DNA from: Octopus sinensis
Taxonomy: Eukaryota
Direction of reading: 5' to 3'
DNA length: 64,000 nt
Assembly (NCBI RefSeq): GCF_006345805.1
Contig: NC_043001.1
Coordinates: 53,258,001-53,322,000 of the forward strand
A program made the translations under genes and the position numbers. The notes beneath the pieces were generated by a model. It searched no databases. It worked only from the letters and a program-made list of their open reading frames with translations, and was not told the DNA's origin. Positions 11,506 through 24,879 of this stretch are shown here, one piece after another. Position 1 is the first letter of the stretch, and every line of letters starts with the position of its first letter.

Positions 11506-12970
11506 GGTTAGGTCTTTTCATGAAGACATGAAGAGTAGGGTTAATATTAGAGGAAAAATGTCGGAGTCCATTTCAATACAAAATGGAGTGAAATAGGGGG
11601 ATATTCTGGCACCGACCCTATTTGCCATATATTTTGCGATGGTTTTCTGTATTGCATTCAGAAACTGCAGACGTGGTGTTTACATCCATTATCGAACCAC
11701 TGGCAGCATATCTAATATCAGGGGCTTCTATCATAAGAGACCTTTTGTATGCAGATGATTGTGATCTAGTAGCGCACACAGAGATTGATATACAACACAT
11801 TTTGAATGCATTCTCTGATGCTTGCACTGCCTTAGGATTGACAGTCACTCTCAAGGAAACTGTTGTCATGTACCAACCTACCCCTGGTAAGCTGTATAGT
11901 GTACCAAATATCTATGTGTATGGTAAACGACTTCATGTAATTGATTAGTTTGTCTACCTGGGAAGCACTGTTAATAGATATAGCAATTTGGATAATGAAA
12001 TTCCATACAGAATTAGGAAAGCAAGTGATGCTTTCGGAAGGCTAGAAAGGCGCCTCTGGAGTCGGCGAGACATATAAAGAAGGACAAAGACAAACGTGTA
12101 CAAAGCATGTGTGCTCCCTTCTCTTCTCTATGCCTGTGAGACGTGGGTCAGATATCGGTACCACCTTAAACAACCGGAATGTTTCCATCAGATGTGTCTC
12201 AGACGGATCTGTGGCATTAAGTGGGAGGACCGCATCAGTGATCTTGAAATATTGGAAGGCTCTCGGTGCGAAAGTATAGAAGCTCTTGTGTTAAAGCAAA
12301 AGCTCAGATGGAGTGGTCATCTGGGCTGGGTAAAGGATTCAAGGATGCTAAAACAACTCTTTTATGGAGAGTTAGCTAAAGGAGAACGACCCAACCATAA
12401 ACCAAAAAAGAGGTATAAGGACTTGCTGAAGGCTTCCTTAACAGATGCTTGCATCTCACCTGACACATGCGAGGGCAGGTGGAGAAGGATTGTGCACGAG
12501 GGGACAGCTACTTTTGAGAAGTTGCCCATGAGAAAGTAAGGAGGGATGTCAGGAAGGGCATCGCTGTTGCACTTCCAAATGGGAAGGGTCTTCCTATGAC
12601 GCTGACATGCAGTGTCTGTGCGAGACCCTGCCTCAGTAAACTGGACTCAAGTGTCATCTTCGTGGTCACAAATCGAGACAGATGAGTGATGACCTGGCCA
12701 CTGATGGTGGTGTTACATACCATAATAATCATATCTGTCAGGCATCTGTCAGAGAGTGTAATTCGGCAGGAGGTCTTACACGACATGCAATGGTACATGA
12801 AGCCCAGTTACAATTACAGCCAGCTACTGCCGGTAAAAGTTTTAGCTGCCAATTTTGTACAAGACATTGTAGATCTTTAGCTGGGCTAAAAAGTCACATT
12901 CGGTCACACCATCAAAAACTGTTAAGCTTCGTTCAATGGCCATACTCGATAACGAGGGGGCAGCCATCAT
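11506..12970 (+). mobile_element. 5'-truncated RTE-clade LINE (RT C-terminal half plus C2H2 fingers), decayed
   Basis: NGVK*GDILAPTLF, LLYADD, YKACVLPSLLYACETW, LRWSGHL, GRP..KPKKRY; C-terminal zinc fingers; 3' end CAGCCATCAT followed by (TA)n. Confidence 0.93.
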
Positions 12971-15064
12971 ACATATATATATATATATCCGTACACAAAT
13001 GTATTTGTGTACGGATAAGCATGTATCTGTATATGAGTATGGTTTTCAAACATTTTATGCTAAACTAAATGTTGTTCTGCTTCTTTTTTAATCATATTTA
13101 TTAATTTTTGTTTGATTTTTTGCTATTTTCATATATTCTTATTTGTATTTCTCTTTCTATTGGGAGCAATTCTAATGTCCATTACTGATTGTAAAACTTA
13201 TCGATCTTTTGTAAGTCGTTGTTAGTGCCATTTCCTAATGCATTTTATAGTGTCAACGACCATATATGTTACATTATGTTATTGATAGCTATAGCACTTT
13301 CCACAATCAGCAATTCGAAAACAAAATGCTATGCACGTCAATCTTTGTTTGGAACTCAGTGGAATAAGATATACTCACTAAATTCCTTATAGCACACCCC
13401 ACACTGAATTCATCAGTTCTCAAACTCATGCTTACTTCTGTTAAAAATAGATTTATGACGCAGCCCGGAAATATGTTGATCTTGAACATCTCTAGTGATG
13501 TAGATTTTGAAGTCTTAATAGAAGTGGTAAGAAAACACTACATACTTCCCTTTACTTGGGATTCTTAACGATGTAAAATTTAAGCTTGTCTCGACACATA
13601 GTCCTCTTAATGAGAAAATAAAACAGTTGATGTAAGTATATTGTAGTACAAATGATATTTGTGTGTTTTATGATACTCCGCGTTTTATTGATATTTGCTT
13701 ATTTACAAAATATGATTGCTAACTTTACCTAATAGCGCAATATAAATTATTTCTTCAGGAGTCTTCAGAAATACACATTAAGGTAGATAATTTTGAGTTG
13801 AATATTGAATCATACAGGAAAAGTAAACTCTACAATATTGCCTTCCCAGTTTTGGACATATGAGATACGGTGAGGTGTATTACAGGTTCTAACACAACGT
13901 TTAGTATAAATATATGTAGACGTACCCCGATGATTGTACTTACATAGATTAGAGGCCATACGACAGAGAATAAGGCGATTAAGAAATTCATATCGTTTGC
14001 AGAAATAATAAAATGAAAAATGCTGGTTTCTTTCCAGTATAAATAATGTAAACGGCAATTTCAGTTGAAAACTTAATCATGCTAGCCAATAATTATTCTT
14101 CCCAGAGCGATTACCATGATCAAACATAGACATTCGAGCATACTTCTATATATGTATTGACAATAATGACGAATAGATTTAAGTGAGTACGCGCATGTGC
14201 ATGGATTTATGAGGGACAGTGATGTGTCCGTGTTGTTCTTTAATCATTTCCAAATCTATATTGTAACGTGTCAGTGTTCTCTCATTATATCCAAATCTGT
14301 ATAGTAATATTAAACCATGAGACCATAGATACGACATTAGAGAGAAATAATGAGTCAAATCTAAAAGTATAAATATGATTTATAAGAATATATCTTTCTG
14401 GAAAACGCATTGCCATTCTACAATTGTGTGAGTCTAAATTGGTGAGAATTGAAAATGTTAATGTACGCAAATTTTCGAAATCTTTCCTATCTACGTTGGA
14501 TTAAATGTTTAAACACACATAGCTAAAGCTTTTTACAGTTGGGAAGCTCAATGATAGATAAGTATTAGTAGCAAAAGTCGTCACACATAAATCAACATAT
14601 GAGAGTGTTTGTCACAGAAAAACGGTTTCTCTTCCCTTTATATATATGTAATTAGAACAAAGCAAAAAAAAACGCACTACGCATCTAACATGTTTAGCAG
14701 GCAAAACTACGCTGAATCACCTAATGTACTGAAAATATTACAGAGAACAGCAGAAAGCGGGCGAACGGTTAAATAGTTAAAAGCATGTCGTTAGCAATTG
14801 TGCTATTCTCATATTCATGTACCATGGTTTCAATTTTCGGCTCATGAATCTCAAATATTTTCAGCACGATTTGCAGAGACAAGAAAATTCAAAACACGTC
14901 ACGTTGAAACTCTGGAAACCCTGGCGTCGTTCTGATTTGATTTGCGTCAAAAGCACAATCGCCTCAGTGCAAAGATTTTAATCAGGTGTGAATATTCATA
15001 AAGATATTATTATTATTATAAATATTGTAATATTCATTAAGATATTATTATTGTTATTTAAATA

Positions 15065-15124
<60 letters not shown>

Positions 15125-15660
15125 ATATATATATGCATGTGTATGTGTGTGTATGTGTGTGTGTGTCTTTGTGTGTGTGTGTTTGTTTTAATCCTTTGTT
15201 TTCCGCGCATCCCTGTAATCTCGGTGCGGTACAGTGGATAAATTTAAGACTTTAGCTCTTATTTGTAGCAGGTGGATGCTTCTTTAAGCATCCTAACGCT
15301 TCGTACAGATTTATAACTTATAACTATTTAATGCTATTGCGCCTGCGATCCATCTATGTCACTGCTGGTGATATCATCAATTTAAGTATTTATCCACAGA
15401 TGATATGAAAATTAGTGACATCTGATTTCAAATCTCAGTGTTTGAATGTTTTGTATATATACATATATACATACATAAAATACATACATGCATACATACA
15501 TGTGTGTGTATGTGTGTTGGTATGTATATGTGTTAGAGCTTTCGGTTCACGGTAGAAAGGCCGTGCGTTCAATTCCCGGTGACTCGTTGTGTTCTTGAGC
15601 AAGACACTTTTATTCACTCAGCTGTCAAAAATTAGTTGTACCTGTATTTCAAAAGGCCAA

Positions 15661-15812
15661 AGGGTGTTTGGAGTGATCACTAGTGATGGCGACGTTATGC
15701 CCCTATTCATCTTCCCACACGGCCTCAGACTGAACACAGAGGCCGACACCAATTAGCTGGTTGAAGTAGTGCTGTTCTGAGTCAAGAGCGAAGCTGCTGG
15801 ACGACCCTATAT
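15661..15812 (+). mobile_element. Mariner-like (DD37D/maT-type) transposase fragment
   Basis: VFGVITSDGDVMPLFIFPHGLRLNTEA...AAGRPYI. Confidence 0.75.
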
Positions 15813-15843
15813 CTAATGTACTTTATTTTTATCGTATGTTATA

Positions 15844-16182
15844 AGGGTAAAGACCCCCTTCGGTCATGAATGACCATGGGATTGCACCTAGAAAGTTACC
15901 CTCCTAGCCACAAGTCCGGGCAAGGTTGTTTATGGAAGACCAGCAGTCGCCCATGCATACCGGCCTCCCCTCTCCACGCCACCAGTGTTTTATTCAAGGG
16001 AAAGACAAAGGTCGATACAGCTTGGCACCAGTGACGTCGCAACTCATTTCTACAGCTGAGTAAACAGGAGCAACGTGAAATAGAGTGCCTTGCTCAAGAA
16101 CACAACACGCAGCCCGGTCCGGGATTCGAGCTCACAACCTCACGATCGTAAGCTCGACGCTCTAACCACTGAGCCATGCGCC
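15844..16182 (-). mobile_element. Full-length-looking tRNA-derived SINE
   Basis: Minus head GGCGCATGGCTCAGTGGTTAGAGC...GAGCTCGAATCC, central GTGTTGTGTTCTTGAGCAAGGCAC, 3' end GGTCATTCATGACCGAAGGGGGTCTTTACCC. Confidence 0.88.
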
Positions 16183-16309
16183 TTCACATCGTATGTTATA
16201 GTATGCTTTAAAATGCTTATATTATTAGATTAGTATTTGTAATGTCCTGGAATTGAAGTTGTGGTCCTATTGGTAAAAGCCCGAATTTGTAACAATATAA
16301 ATACATATA

Positions 16310-16515
16310 TATATATATATGCATATATGCATGTATGTACGTGTGCCTGCATATATATTTATGTATGTATTTACGAATGTACGTACGTATGTATGTATGT
16401 ATATATGTATGTATGTATGTATGTATGCATGTATGTATGAATATATGCATGTGTATGGATGCATGAATGCGTGTATATATGTGCGAATGTACATGTGTAT
16501 GTATGCATGTATGCA
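16310..16515. repeat. Degenerate (TATG)n microsatellite
   Basis: Directly visible; explains ORFs 16217..16570, 16267..16494 and 16319..16564. Confidence 0.9.
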
Positions 16516-19498
16516 CGCCTTTCATGGACGATATTCTCAATATAGACATTCCAGCCGTTTCTAATTTCACTCACATAATGCATTACTCTACGAGGGCATA
16601 TATTCGCTCTATTGCAGACATGTATCAGTGATTTCTTCCATTGCTTTGATGCTTCATAAACTCGCAGTGCATTTGACGACAGGACAATTGTAGCACACAA
16701 ATAGACACACACATGCACACATATATGTGTATGTATATATATATATATGTGTGTGTGTGTGTGACAGAGAGAGAGAGAGAGAGAGTTGTTATTATTTATT
16801 TGATAAATATAATTATAAACAGTTAATATTTCTTTCGCAACGTAAGGAATGTGAATGCAGATATCCATTTGGCCTTTTGTCGGTAGCAATTATGAATATA
16901 TTTTATCATTCAGAGCATCATGGTATCAATGTCAGATTCAGCTGGAGAGTATTTTCTAGTGAAACCTGAGATAGTAGCAGACAGGCAAATGTGTGTGGGT
17001 ATACATTGATGGACTTTCAGTTCATATAGTTTTTTAATTGTTCCTGACCCTGTTTTAGCTTCACCTCTGTACAACTTTTGTTGAGCTCTTCGCTACGTAA
17101 CTTCCACAGTTTGAGTAGAAATTATCGCTCCTAATTATCTTCCAGTTTGCCAACAACTACATCTGTAGCAATTTGCTGCGTACATGTCTCATATAGTTCA
17201 AAGTCCAGAATCTTGTGGGATGATCTCTAGTCGATTAAATCGAGACATGTACTTGATTATTACTCTTTTGTACGGATTCTGTTGAACTCGACAAAATTCC
17301 TTAACTAAAAACCGCAGAGCATTTTGTTCGATGCTGTATCACTACTGTTCAAACCACTGCATCAAAACATCTTAGTATGATAAAAAAATTCAGGAAACTG
17401 ATATGTAACGCAGACATTTTGTAAACATCCAATCTGAAGATGAAGTTAATCATCAGAAGACTTACAATCGTATGAATTTCAGTATTAATTTCATATCTGT
17501 GAAACGATTTGCAATTCAAAAAGATGGTAATAGAGATGAAATATTGATTTTGACACGACTCTAACGAAATGATAATACATGTCTAGTACAGTTCAAGCTG
17601 GTTTTGGTGGAGGTTACATCAACAGATAATTGATATTCTTAGATATACGTGTAATATAGCCGTGAGCAAGTTCACATTGTCAATTGCATTCCTGTTCACA
17701 GTTCTATACTTGCATAATTGAATTTCAACTAAATTTATTTTACTCTTATATAACACTGCTTACGCCATCCACTTAACCTATAACTTCGGAAAAAATAATT
17801 TCTGTCTGAGCATATAAAAACATTTTAATATTTATTTCACTAGTTTTTAACTCGATTCCCGCTCTAGAAATATGTTCCGCAGGCATCTCTTGAGATATAT
17901 GCTGGCAATGCTGCATATAATTTCACGTTCACATATTATACCAAAATATTTAGCAATAAATAAATAAATAAATTATATTAGTATGCGAAGGTTCATAGTT
18001 TGCGAACTATTTGGTTTTGGCCAACCTCATGTCAACCTTAACAAAGTAGAATTACAATTAAAAGAAACTAAAGCAAAACAATTTTTGTTCAAATTCAGAA
18101 CATATATTCTTTGCTTCTTTTACCATATTTCGATCATAATGGGTAATTCACATTTAACGGCTTGAAATAGTGGCAGCCAAATCAAACACGCCATCCTTTT
18201 GAGAAGACCCTATAAAACTCATACGTGCATGTGTGTGTGTGTGTATGTGTGTGTGTGTGTGTGTCTGCGTGCGTGCGTTTGTGTGTGTGTATACATACAT
18301 ATTTATATGTGTGAATGAGTGTGTATACGTACATATTTATATGTATGCACGTGTGAATACGCGTGCCACTAAGTGCTTAACCCAAAAATGTCTGATCTAA
18401 AATAGTTTAAGCTGTGAATTTCTTCCTTTCCTCAGACACAGACTTCGCTTTTTTCCTGAACTCCCTCTCCCTCTATTTCTTTCTTCCCCTCACTCATTGT
18501 CTTCCCCTGTCTATCTATCTATCAATCTATCTCTCTATCTCGCTTTCTCTTCCCATTTTTTGTATGTTACCGAAAAAAAAAACAAGAATACCATAATTCC
18601 TTTCCGGTTATATACAGAAAGTATGGAGTCCAGTATAGCATAAACTGTACAAGGAAGGATTTAATTTCTTCGTCATATTTGCGGGGGTTACAAATTTCAC
18701 TTTGAACTTAAAAGGATATATACAGAATATACACATTGAATTATTGTTCGCGAATTTCGAAGACTTTAAAAATTTCTAGTATTTTTCAATCCCCCGTAGC
18801 AATATATCGCTCTTTTAGAAGTCATTAGATAGACATAACGCAAGACATATGAATTCAGCATTTTATTTTAAAAATTCATACATCTATTCATCTACTGAAT
18901 ATTCATATAATTCTCATTTCTCGTTGGTGATTAACAAATGACATTGTTAATGAACAATGGTTTAAGTTTTTCATTGAGAATCTGGTGTTGAAATTCTCTG
19001 TGTAACTATTCCCGAATATTCTACCACTTTACGCTAGTAAAACACATTTAAAGCTTATATAATTTATGATATTATAAGAACATATTAAACTGATTGATAT
19101 CATCATAAACACTTATATTTACTCTAAGTTTCTGACATAAATAGTATTGTTGCTTCGAAATTCCAGATTTGTTTTCAGAAATCATTCCATTTTAACGTTT
19201 TTATAAGTAACTGAGAGAGGTTTACCTATCATTCAGAACATCATCATACTTGACACTGGAGTTTGCCTGAAAAGGGTATTCCTCTGCAATTATCGATATA
19301 AGCAGATAGGTGAACGTTCTGGCAGAACTCGCCATCAAGCAAAATAAAATCCATTTCATTTAAATTTACTTCAAAAATTCAATTGCGTAAATCATGTGCT
19401 GATACAAGTACCCTACAATCCTCCAAACACGATGAAATATTAAGCAAAGATCATATAAGAATTAAAGATCATATAAGAATTATATATGAGTATATCTA

Positions 19499-19870
19499 AT
19501 AATAAGAGCACTGAGACAGCGCAAACCTCCTCCAAAGCAACAGCAACATCCTCTCAATGATTAGCCAGAGAGGATGTTTGATATGAGAATATCTGAAATA
19601 AACTTGACTGCTGTCACAAACGAGAATACTAAAAGATGAAGACGACTGCTCTCAAAGAATAAGTAAAAATAAGAGGAAAAATAATCCAAAATCCTTGTTC
19701 AGTACCCGATCGATCCCAAAATATAATCAGGGCGTACATGTCACAAGGCCAAACATCCCTGAAAGTTTTATCCGAATCCATCCAACGGTTTTTGAGATAC
19801 CCTATCCACGGACAAAAAAGTAAAACGCGACTGTAAACAACACCTCCGTCTTCGCTAAGGCGGGGGTAAT
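19499..19870 (+). mobile_element. Helentron-associated (HINE/DINE-1-like) non-autonomous element
   Basis: 5' subterminal ACCTCCTCCAAAGC and 3' stem-loop ACCTCCGTCTTCGCTAAGGCGGGGGT near the end; central GAAAGTTTTATCCGAATCCATCCAACGGTTTTTGAGA segment typical of such elements. Confidence 0.55.
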
Positions 19871-20345
19871 GACTGAAGTTATTTACTTACTATATCTAGA
19901 AACGCGCAAAATTTGGACGCATGTAATTAAAACTCCTAAAAGATATGTAAATATATAATGTTGCAATAGTATGTGTCTCTAGATAACTCCCAATATTTAT
20001 GCTGTATGTTTCTGCTGTTAATTTGACCATTTATGTTACCACCATACAGTCCGTAAGGTCAGGCAGAATCAATGTTTTAAACGATTCAAACTTGTCAGAT
20101 TATTTCCCAATAACACACGTGGATACATAGACATCTATGTGCACGCGTGTATATATGTAAATGCATGTATGGATGTAAGTGTGTACGTATGTGTGTATAT
20201 GTATGTATATGGTAAAAAATATTAAAAGAAGGAAAATGTACAGAATGTATATATTTCCTATGAGATAAAACATTTACATTGTCAACCGTTTGCGCTTGCT
20301 GATTGAAGAGACTAATTCTCATATACTTTTCCATTTCCCATGCAG

Positions 20346-20419
20346 TGAATGGCAGTTCTGTGCGGCGCATGACCGAAGAGGAGAAAACTACTCCGAGATG
20401 CTTGCATCTCACGGTCTAG
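20346..20419 (+). CDS. Candidate isolated internal exon of an unidentified gene (EWQFCAAHDRRGENYSEMLASHGL)
   Basis: Acceptor TACTTTTCCATTTCCCATGCAG, a 74-nt GC-rich open segment, donor AG|GTAGGT. No homolog recognised. Confidence 0.35.
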
Positions 20420-21188
20420 GTAGGTAGTGCTGCGAGCTGATATAGATCGAAAGGAAGGAAATTACTATTTGTTAGTGAATTGATAGTATTTATGCTACTA
20501 AGTTATACATTTATGTATTAAAATATGTGCACAGTTGGTCAAGAATGAAAATATTTAATCGTTGTTGTATAGAAATAGTTTCCTTGCACTAGCGAATCTA
20601 GAAAGCTGTGACGCTTGTTTGGAGATTCATTGCATATCTCCCTATATGTTCGCTTAATGGTATGTTTTTAGCTTGAAAAAAGAATCTGTTCTTTGTGAAG
20701 TGTAGTTCTCCATCTAAGGGACATCCTTGTTTGGCCTTTATAATTGTGTCTAGAACTTAAAGACATAAATTAAATTTTCGGATCCACGAATGAAATCAGT
20801 CTTTGTTGTGACACTCTGTCCTTGCTTGACTTGAAATTCTGAACCTTCCAGTATACGTTTTAGTGATTTAGTTTGTTTTTTTATTTGATTAATGTATAGG
20901 TTTGTATAAGGTGGTTCAAGTTGAGGTCCCTGGTGAGCATAGGTAAAGTTTGAATGATGCTTATCTGCCACATTGTTTCTGGGTTTGTGCGTCAAAATTT
21001 CGAGTATTTGTAGATGGGGTGGTTAGATAGAGAAAAATATACACATTCTATGCATTTTTCTATCTTTCATATTTTTACTACATCTCACAACGCGGGACAA
21101 AAATCTCTCAAGCGAAACTTTTCACTATATACAAAGAAATTTTTATCCCGCGTGGCGAGATTATAGAAATATACACACGCACACACAC

Positions 21189-21229
<41 letters not shown>

Positions 21230-21243
21230 ATGTGTATGATATT

Positions 21244-21649
21244 ATTATTAAGTTTCAACACGGAGAGATCTAATGGATACAAATTAATTTATTAATTGAT
21301 TAACATCTTCACCTACAATTATTTCTTTTCTAAACCAAAATTATATCTACAAAACATGTATAAATATATAATCTTGCATTCTAAGATACCTTGGGTGGAA
21401 AATCATCAGGATGTACAAAAGGACGATACAAAAATCTGAGTATATTGTAGTATTCCAACGGATCATAATGTAATCCTTGCATTGTTATTTTGTACACCCT
21501 GATGATTTTAAAATGAAAGATTATATATCTATATATGTTTTGTAGCTTTAATGTTGGTTGAGAAATGAAACAATTGTAGGTGTGGATCTTAATTAATTAA
21601 TAAATTGCTTTATATCCATTACATCTCTCCGTTTTCAAACTCAATAATA
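21244..21649. repeat. Imperfect inverted repeat (arms 21244-21420 and 21488-21649)
   Basis: ACGGAGAGATCTAATGGATA...AAATCATCAGGATGTACAAAA is mirrored by TTTTGTACACCCTGATGATTT...TATCCATTACATCTCTCCGT. Confidence 0.85.
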
Positions 21650-22170
21650 TTTGATGTTTTATGATATTTCATATAATATATTCATTCAAGGAATATCTCT
21701 TCAAAATATAATATATTAAACCAATGTATCTTGGATAAATATATCCCTAGAAGTAGTCTAAATATCCTCATAGTGTCTAGCAAATATATATATATATATA
21801 TAAATTTGAAATAATAAGGATGAAAAATTAAATATTAATTTGTTAATATCATTTTAAAACCAGTGGTCAAGTATGTTAAAATATGAAGATTCAGAAAAAT
21901 GATATTGCATACATATGAGACACTATGTGGACATCCATTATGCTACAAATAGATCCGCTATGGTCTTACCACTAAGAAAGGAATGTTCTCAAGAAATTTT
22001 TGCAAGCGCCAGAATGTAAGCGAGCAAGACGAATGGAAAGAAACAAAATATAGATTAATCACAATGTAGTTTCGCTATTACTACTTACGTAAGTAATTAC
22101 GCAAGTTGTAATAGCGAAACTAGTTTGTTATTCATCTATATTTTGCATACACACACTCACACACACACAC

Positions 22171-22213
<43 letters not shown>

Positions 22214-23075
22214 TATGTATATATATGTAAATATTTTTATACATCTTAAATATGTCTTCAAATGTATGGGTTGTTTATTGAATGCTTATAGAGAGCCAAT
22301 GCGAAAATATAGAGAGTAGAGAAATTTTAAAAGGCAAATCTTAGGCATTGAGTTTCCCGAACGCATAAATGAAAACATTCAATCATAGTAGTTGGATCAT
22401 ATGTATTTATACACATCAGCATAAATCATGCATGTACAAGTACGAAGTTTCTCCTAGGGTATAAAGAATTATACTAAACATACATAAAATATAGAAGAAA
22501 TATAAAAATATATAAAAATATAAAAATATATGTAAAATTACGTATAAATAAAAGTTACATGTAAAGAGTTATGCATGAAAAATATAGGAGGTGCAAAACG
22601 GATGAGAGGTTGATAAATGTAGGAATATAAATGTCAATGGCAAACCGCCTAAGTCATCTAAAACTCACTTACACATATAAATATAACATAGAAGTTACGC
22701 TAGATATCAAGGTTAAAAAACATAAATAATATAGGATCCAATTATGATTAGTACACAGGCAATATGTTAAATACGACAATCAGATTGGATTCTAATGAAA
22801 TCAGTAAATGCATGGACAGACCACATAAAGCACAAAATATTTTAGCCCGCAAATATGCACAGTAATTAGAGCAACCTTCAACGTATATTATAAGTGCCAC
22901 AACAGCGTTAATCACCTCAAAATATAGGTATACAACATACAAAAGGCCTCGTATATTACCAAGGGAAATTCTGTGTTATTCTCATGTAATTTTGATAAAT
23001 TCAATAGTACATATGCAGGAATGTGTCAATTATTTCAGTAAAGCCTGTCTGTACATGTCAAAAGATATAGATATA

Positions 23076-24266
23076 CGGGTGTCGTGTGAACAACTTACTC
23101 TCATGGAATATGACAAAAAGAAGTTGATCTTTCAGTTCTGTCCCCACCCCCACGCCTGCGGTACACAAATTTCTTCTATCAGCGTTGCAATGCTTGGACA
23201 CCATTTGTGAAGAAGGTTTCCTCTTGTTCGCCCCAAAATGTCATGAGCGGAAAATATGACGTCAACATTAATGCGATGCTGGTCCCCAGCCAAATGGTCA
23301 TTCCTGTAGGGGAATAGATGATAGTCATATGTGGCTAATTCTGGAGAATAAGGAGGGTGGTAAATCCGTTCAAAGTTACAGTCACGCATGGCAGTCAGTG
23401 AAACCAACGACCTCTGTCCTGCAGGATTGTCCTATTTAAACAAGACCCCATTCGTGAGGTTTCCTGGGCGTTTGGTCTGGATATTCTTTCGTATCTGCCT
23501 CAGAAAGTTAGCATATTACTCTCCATTGATGTTAAAGCCCTTTTAAAAATAGTCAATAAACACAATGTCTTTTGCATCTCCAAAAATGTAACTATCACCT
23601 TTCCTGTACATGAAAAGACCTTAACCTATTTTGGGGCTGGTGATGAGAGTTGTTTCCACTGCATAGGTTTTCGTTTTGTCTCTGGAACAAAGTGATAATT
23701 CCAACACCCATCCTTAATTAGGAAACGTCTAAGAGGACTAGCTGGATCTACATCAAATAATGTCAGATTGATCCGAATGTCATCAACCTGATGCGCTTTT
23801 GAACAGGTGCAAGATGACGTGGCAGAAACATTCGTCATGTCAAGTTAAACTCTATCACAGGATATGTGGTGGACACGATATTTACCTCGATGGTGAGAGT
23901 TGCTGGATGCCCACACAGCGGTCATCTCCAGAAATCCCTTTTCCCTCTTTAATTCAGCTGCACATTTTTGAGAAAGTTGAATCTTCATCTTCTATTGCAA
24001 TAACCATATCAGCATGAATGACTTTAGGAGCTGAACCCTTTTACAGAAAGTACTTGATGACACCACAATTCTAAATTATGTCCATTTTCGAGAGAATTCG
24101 CCTCTAGTTGCTTTTGAACTCTTCTCTGAACACTCAAATGTCAGTATGTCTATAAGGAAACGATGCAGTTATTAATGAGTAGTGTTGAAATTAATGCATA
24201 TAATGTTTCACAGTACGAGCATCACTCCTTCATAGACAACATATGAACTTTTCTGGTAATATGAAG
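23076..24266 (-). mobile_element. Near full-length decayed mariner transposon
   Basis: Minus translation WNYHFVPETKRKPMQWK and HPPYSPELATYDYHLFP; TA-flanked TIR-like ends (TACGGGTG.. and ..GAACTTTTCTGGTAATATGAAGTA). Confidence 0.85.
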
Positions 24267-24879
24267 TATTACAAGCTGACAATTTCGATGCCATATCTAA
24301 CAACAGGTTTTCTATATAGCGCAGGTTGCTCCAGAATTTCCCACAATACAGACACCTTGCATTAAATGAATTGAAATTCAAACACGTAGGTTTCTGAAAT
24401 ACCTATCTACTTAACGAATAATTTTAATAACTAATAGAAAAATCGCGTCCTCAGTGCCATAACTCAGTTGAGAGATATATATGAAAGTAAATACGCATTT
24501 AAATAAATATAATTATATAAACCTCTTACTTCTTTAATGAGACAGTTGATGTAACATCGATGCTAATGTTTCCTGGATTCCAAATTTCACATATATCTAG
24601 TTTCTTTATTTGGCTTCTGTATAGAAGTGCTGGTAGGGAACATGCTGCCATAAATATTGAGAATGAAAGAAATATTTTTTGTATGTCAATTTCTCATTTT
24701 CACAAGAAATCGAAAGTCTCCTACCTAAACTGTACCCAATAAACTTGATCAGAGTGTAGTATCACACTGAATTTCAGCAAGAATATTTTTGTCATTTGCC
24801 GGTAAATAATTTACAGATTTTACAAATTAGATAGTAACTGGAAAAGGAATATATTTGTAAATTTTGAATGTCAACGCGG

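Noticed and set aside
21489-21540. CTGATGA...GAAA in the foldback arm as a complete hammerhead
   Set aside because: Stem I cannot pair and stem II is collapsed.
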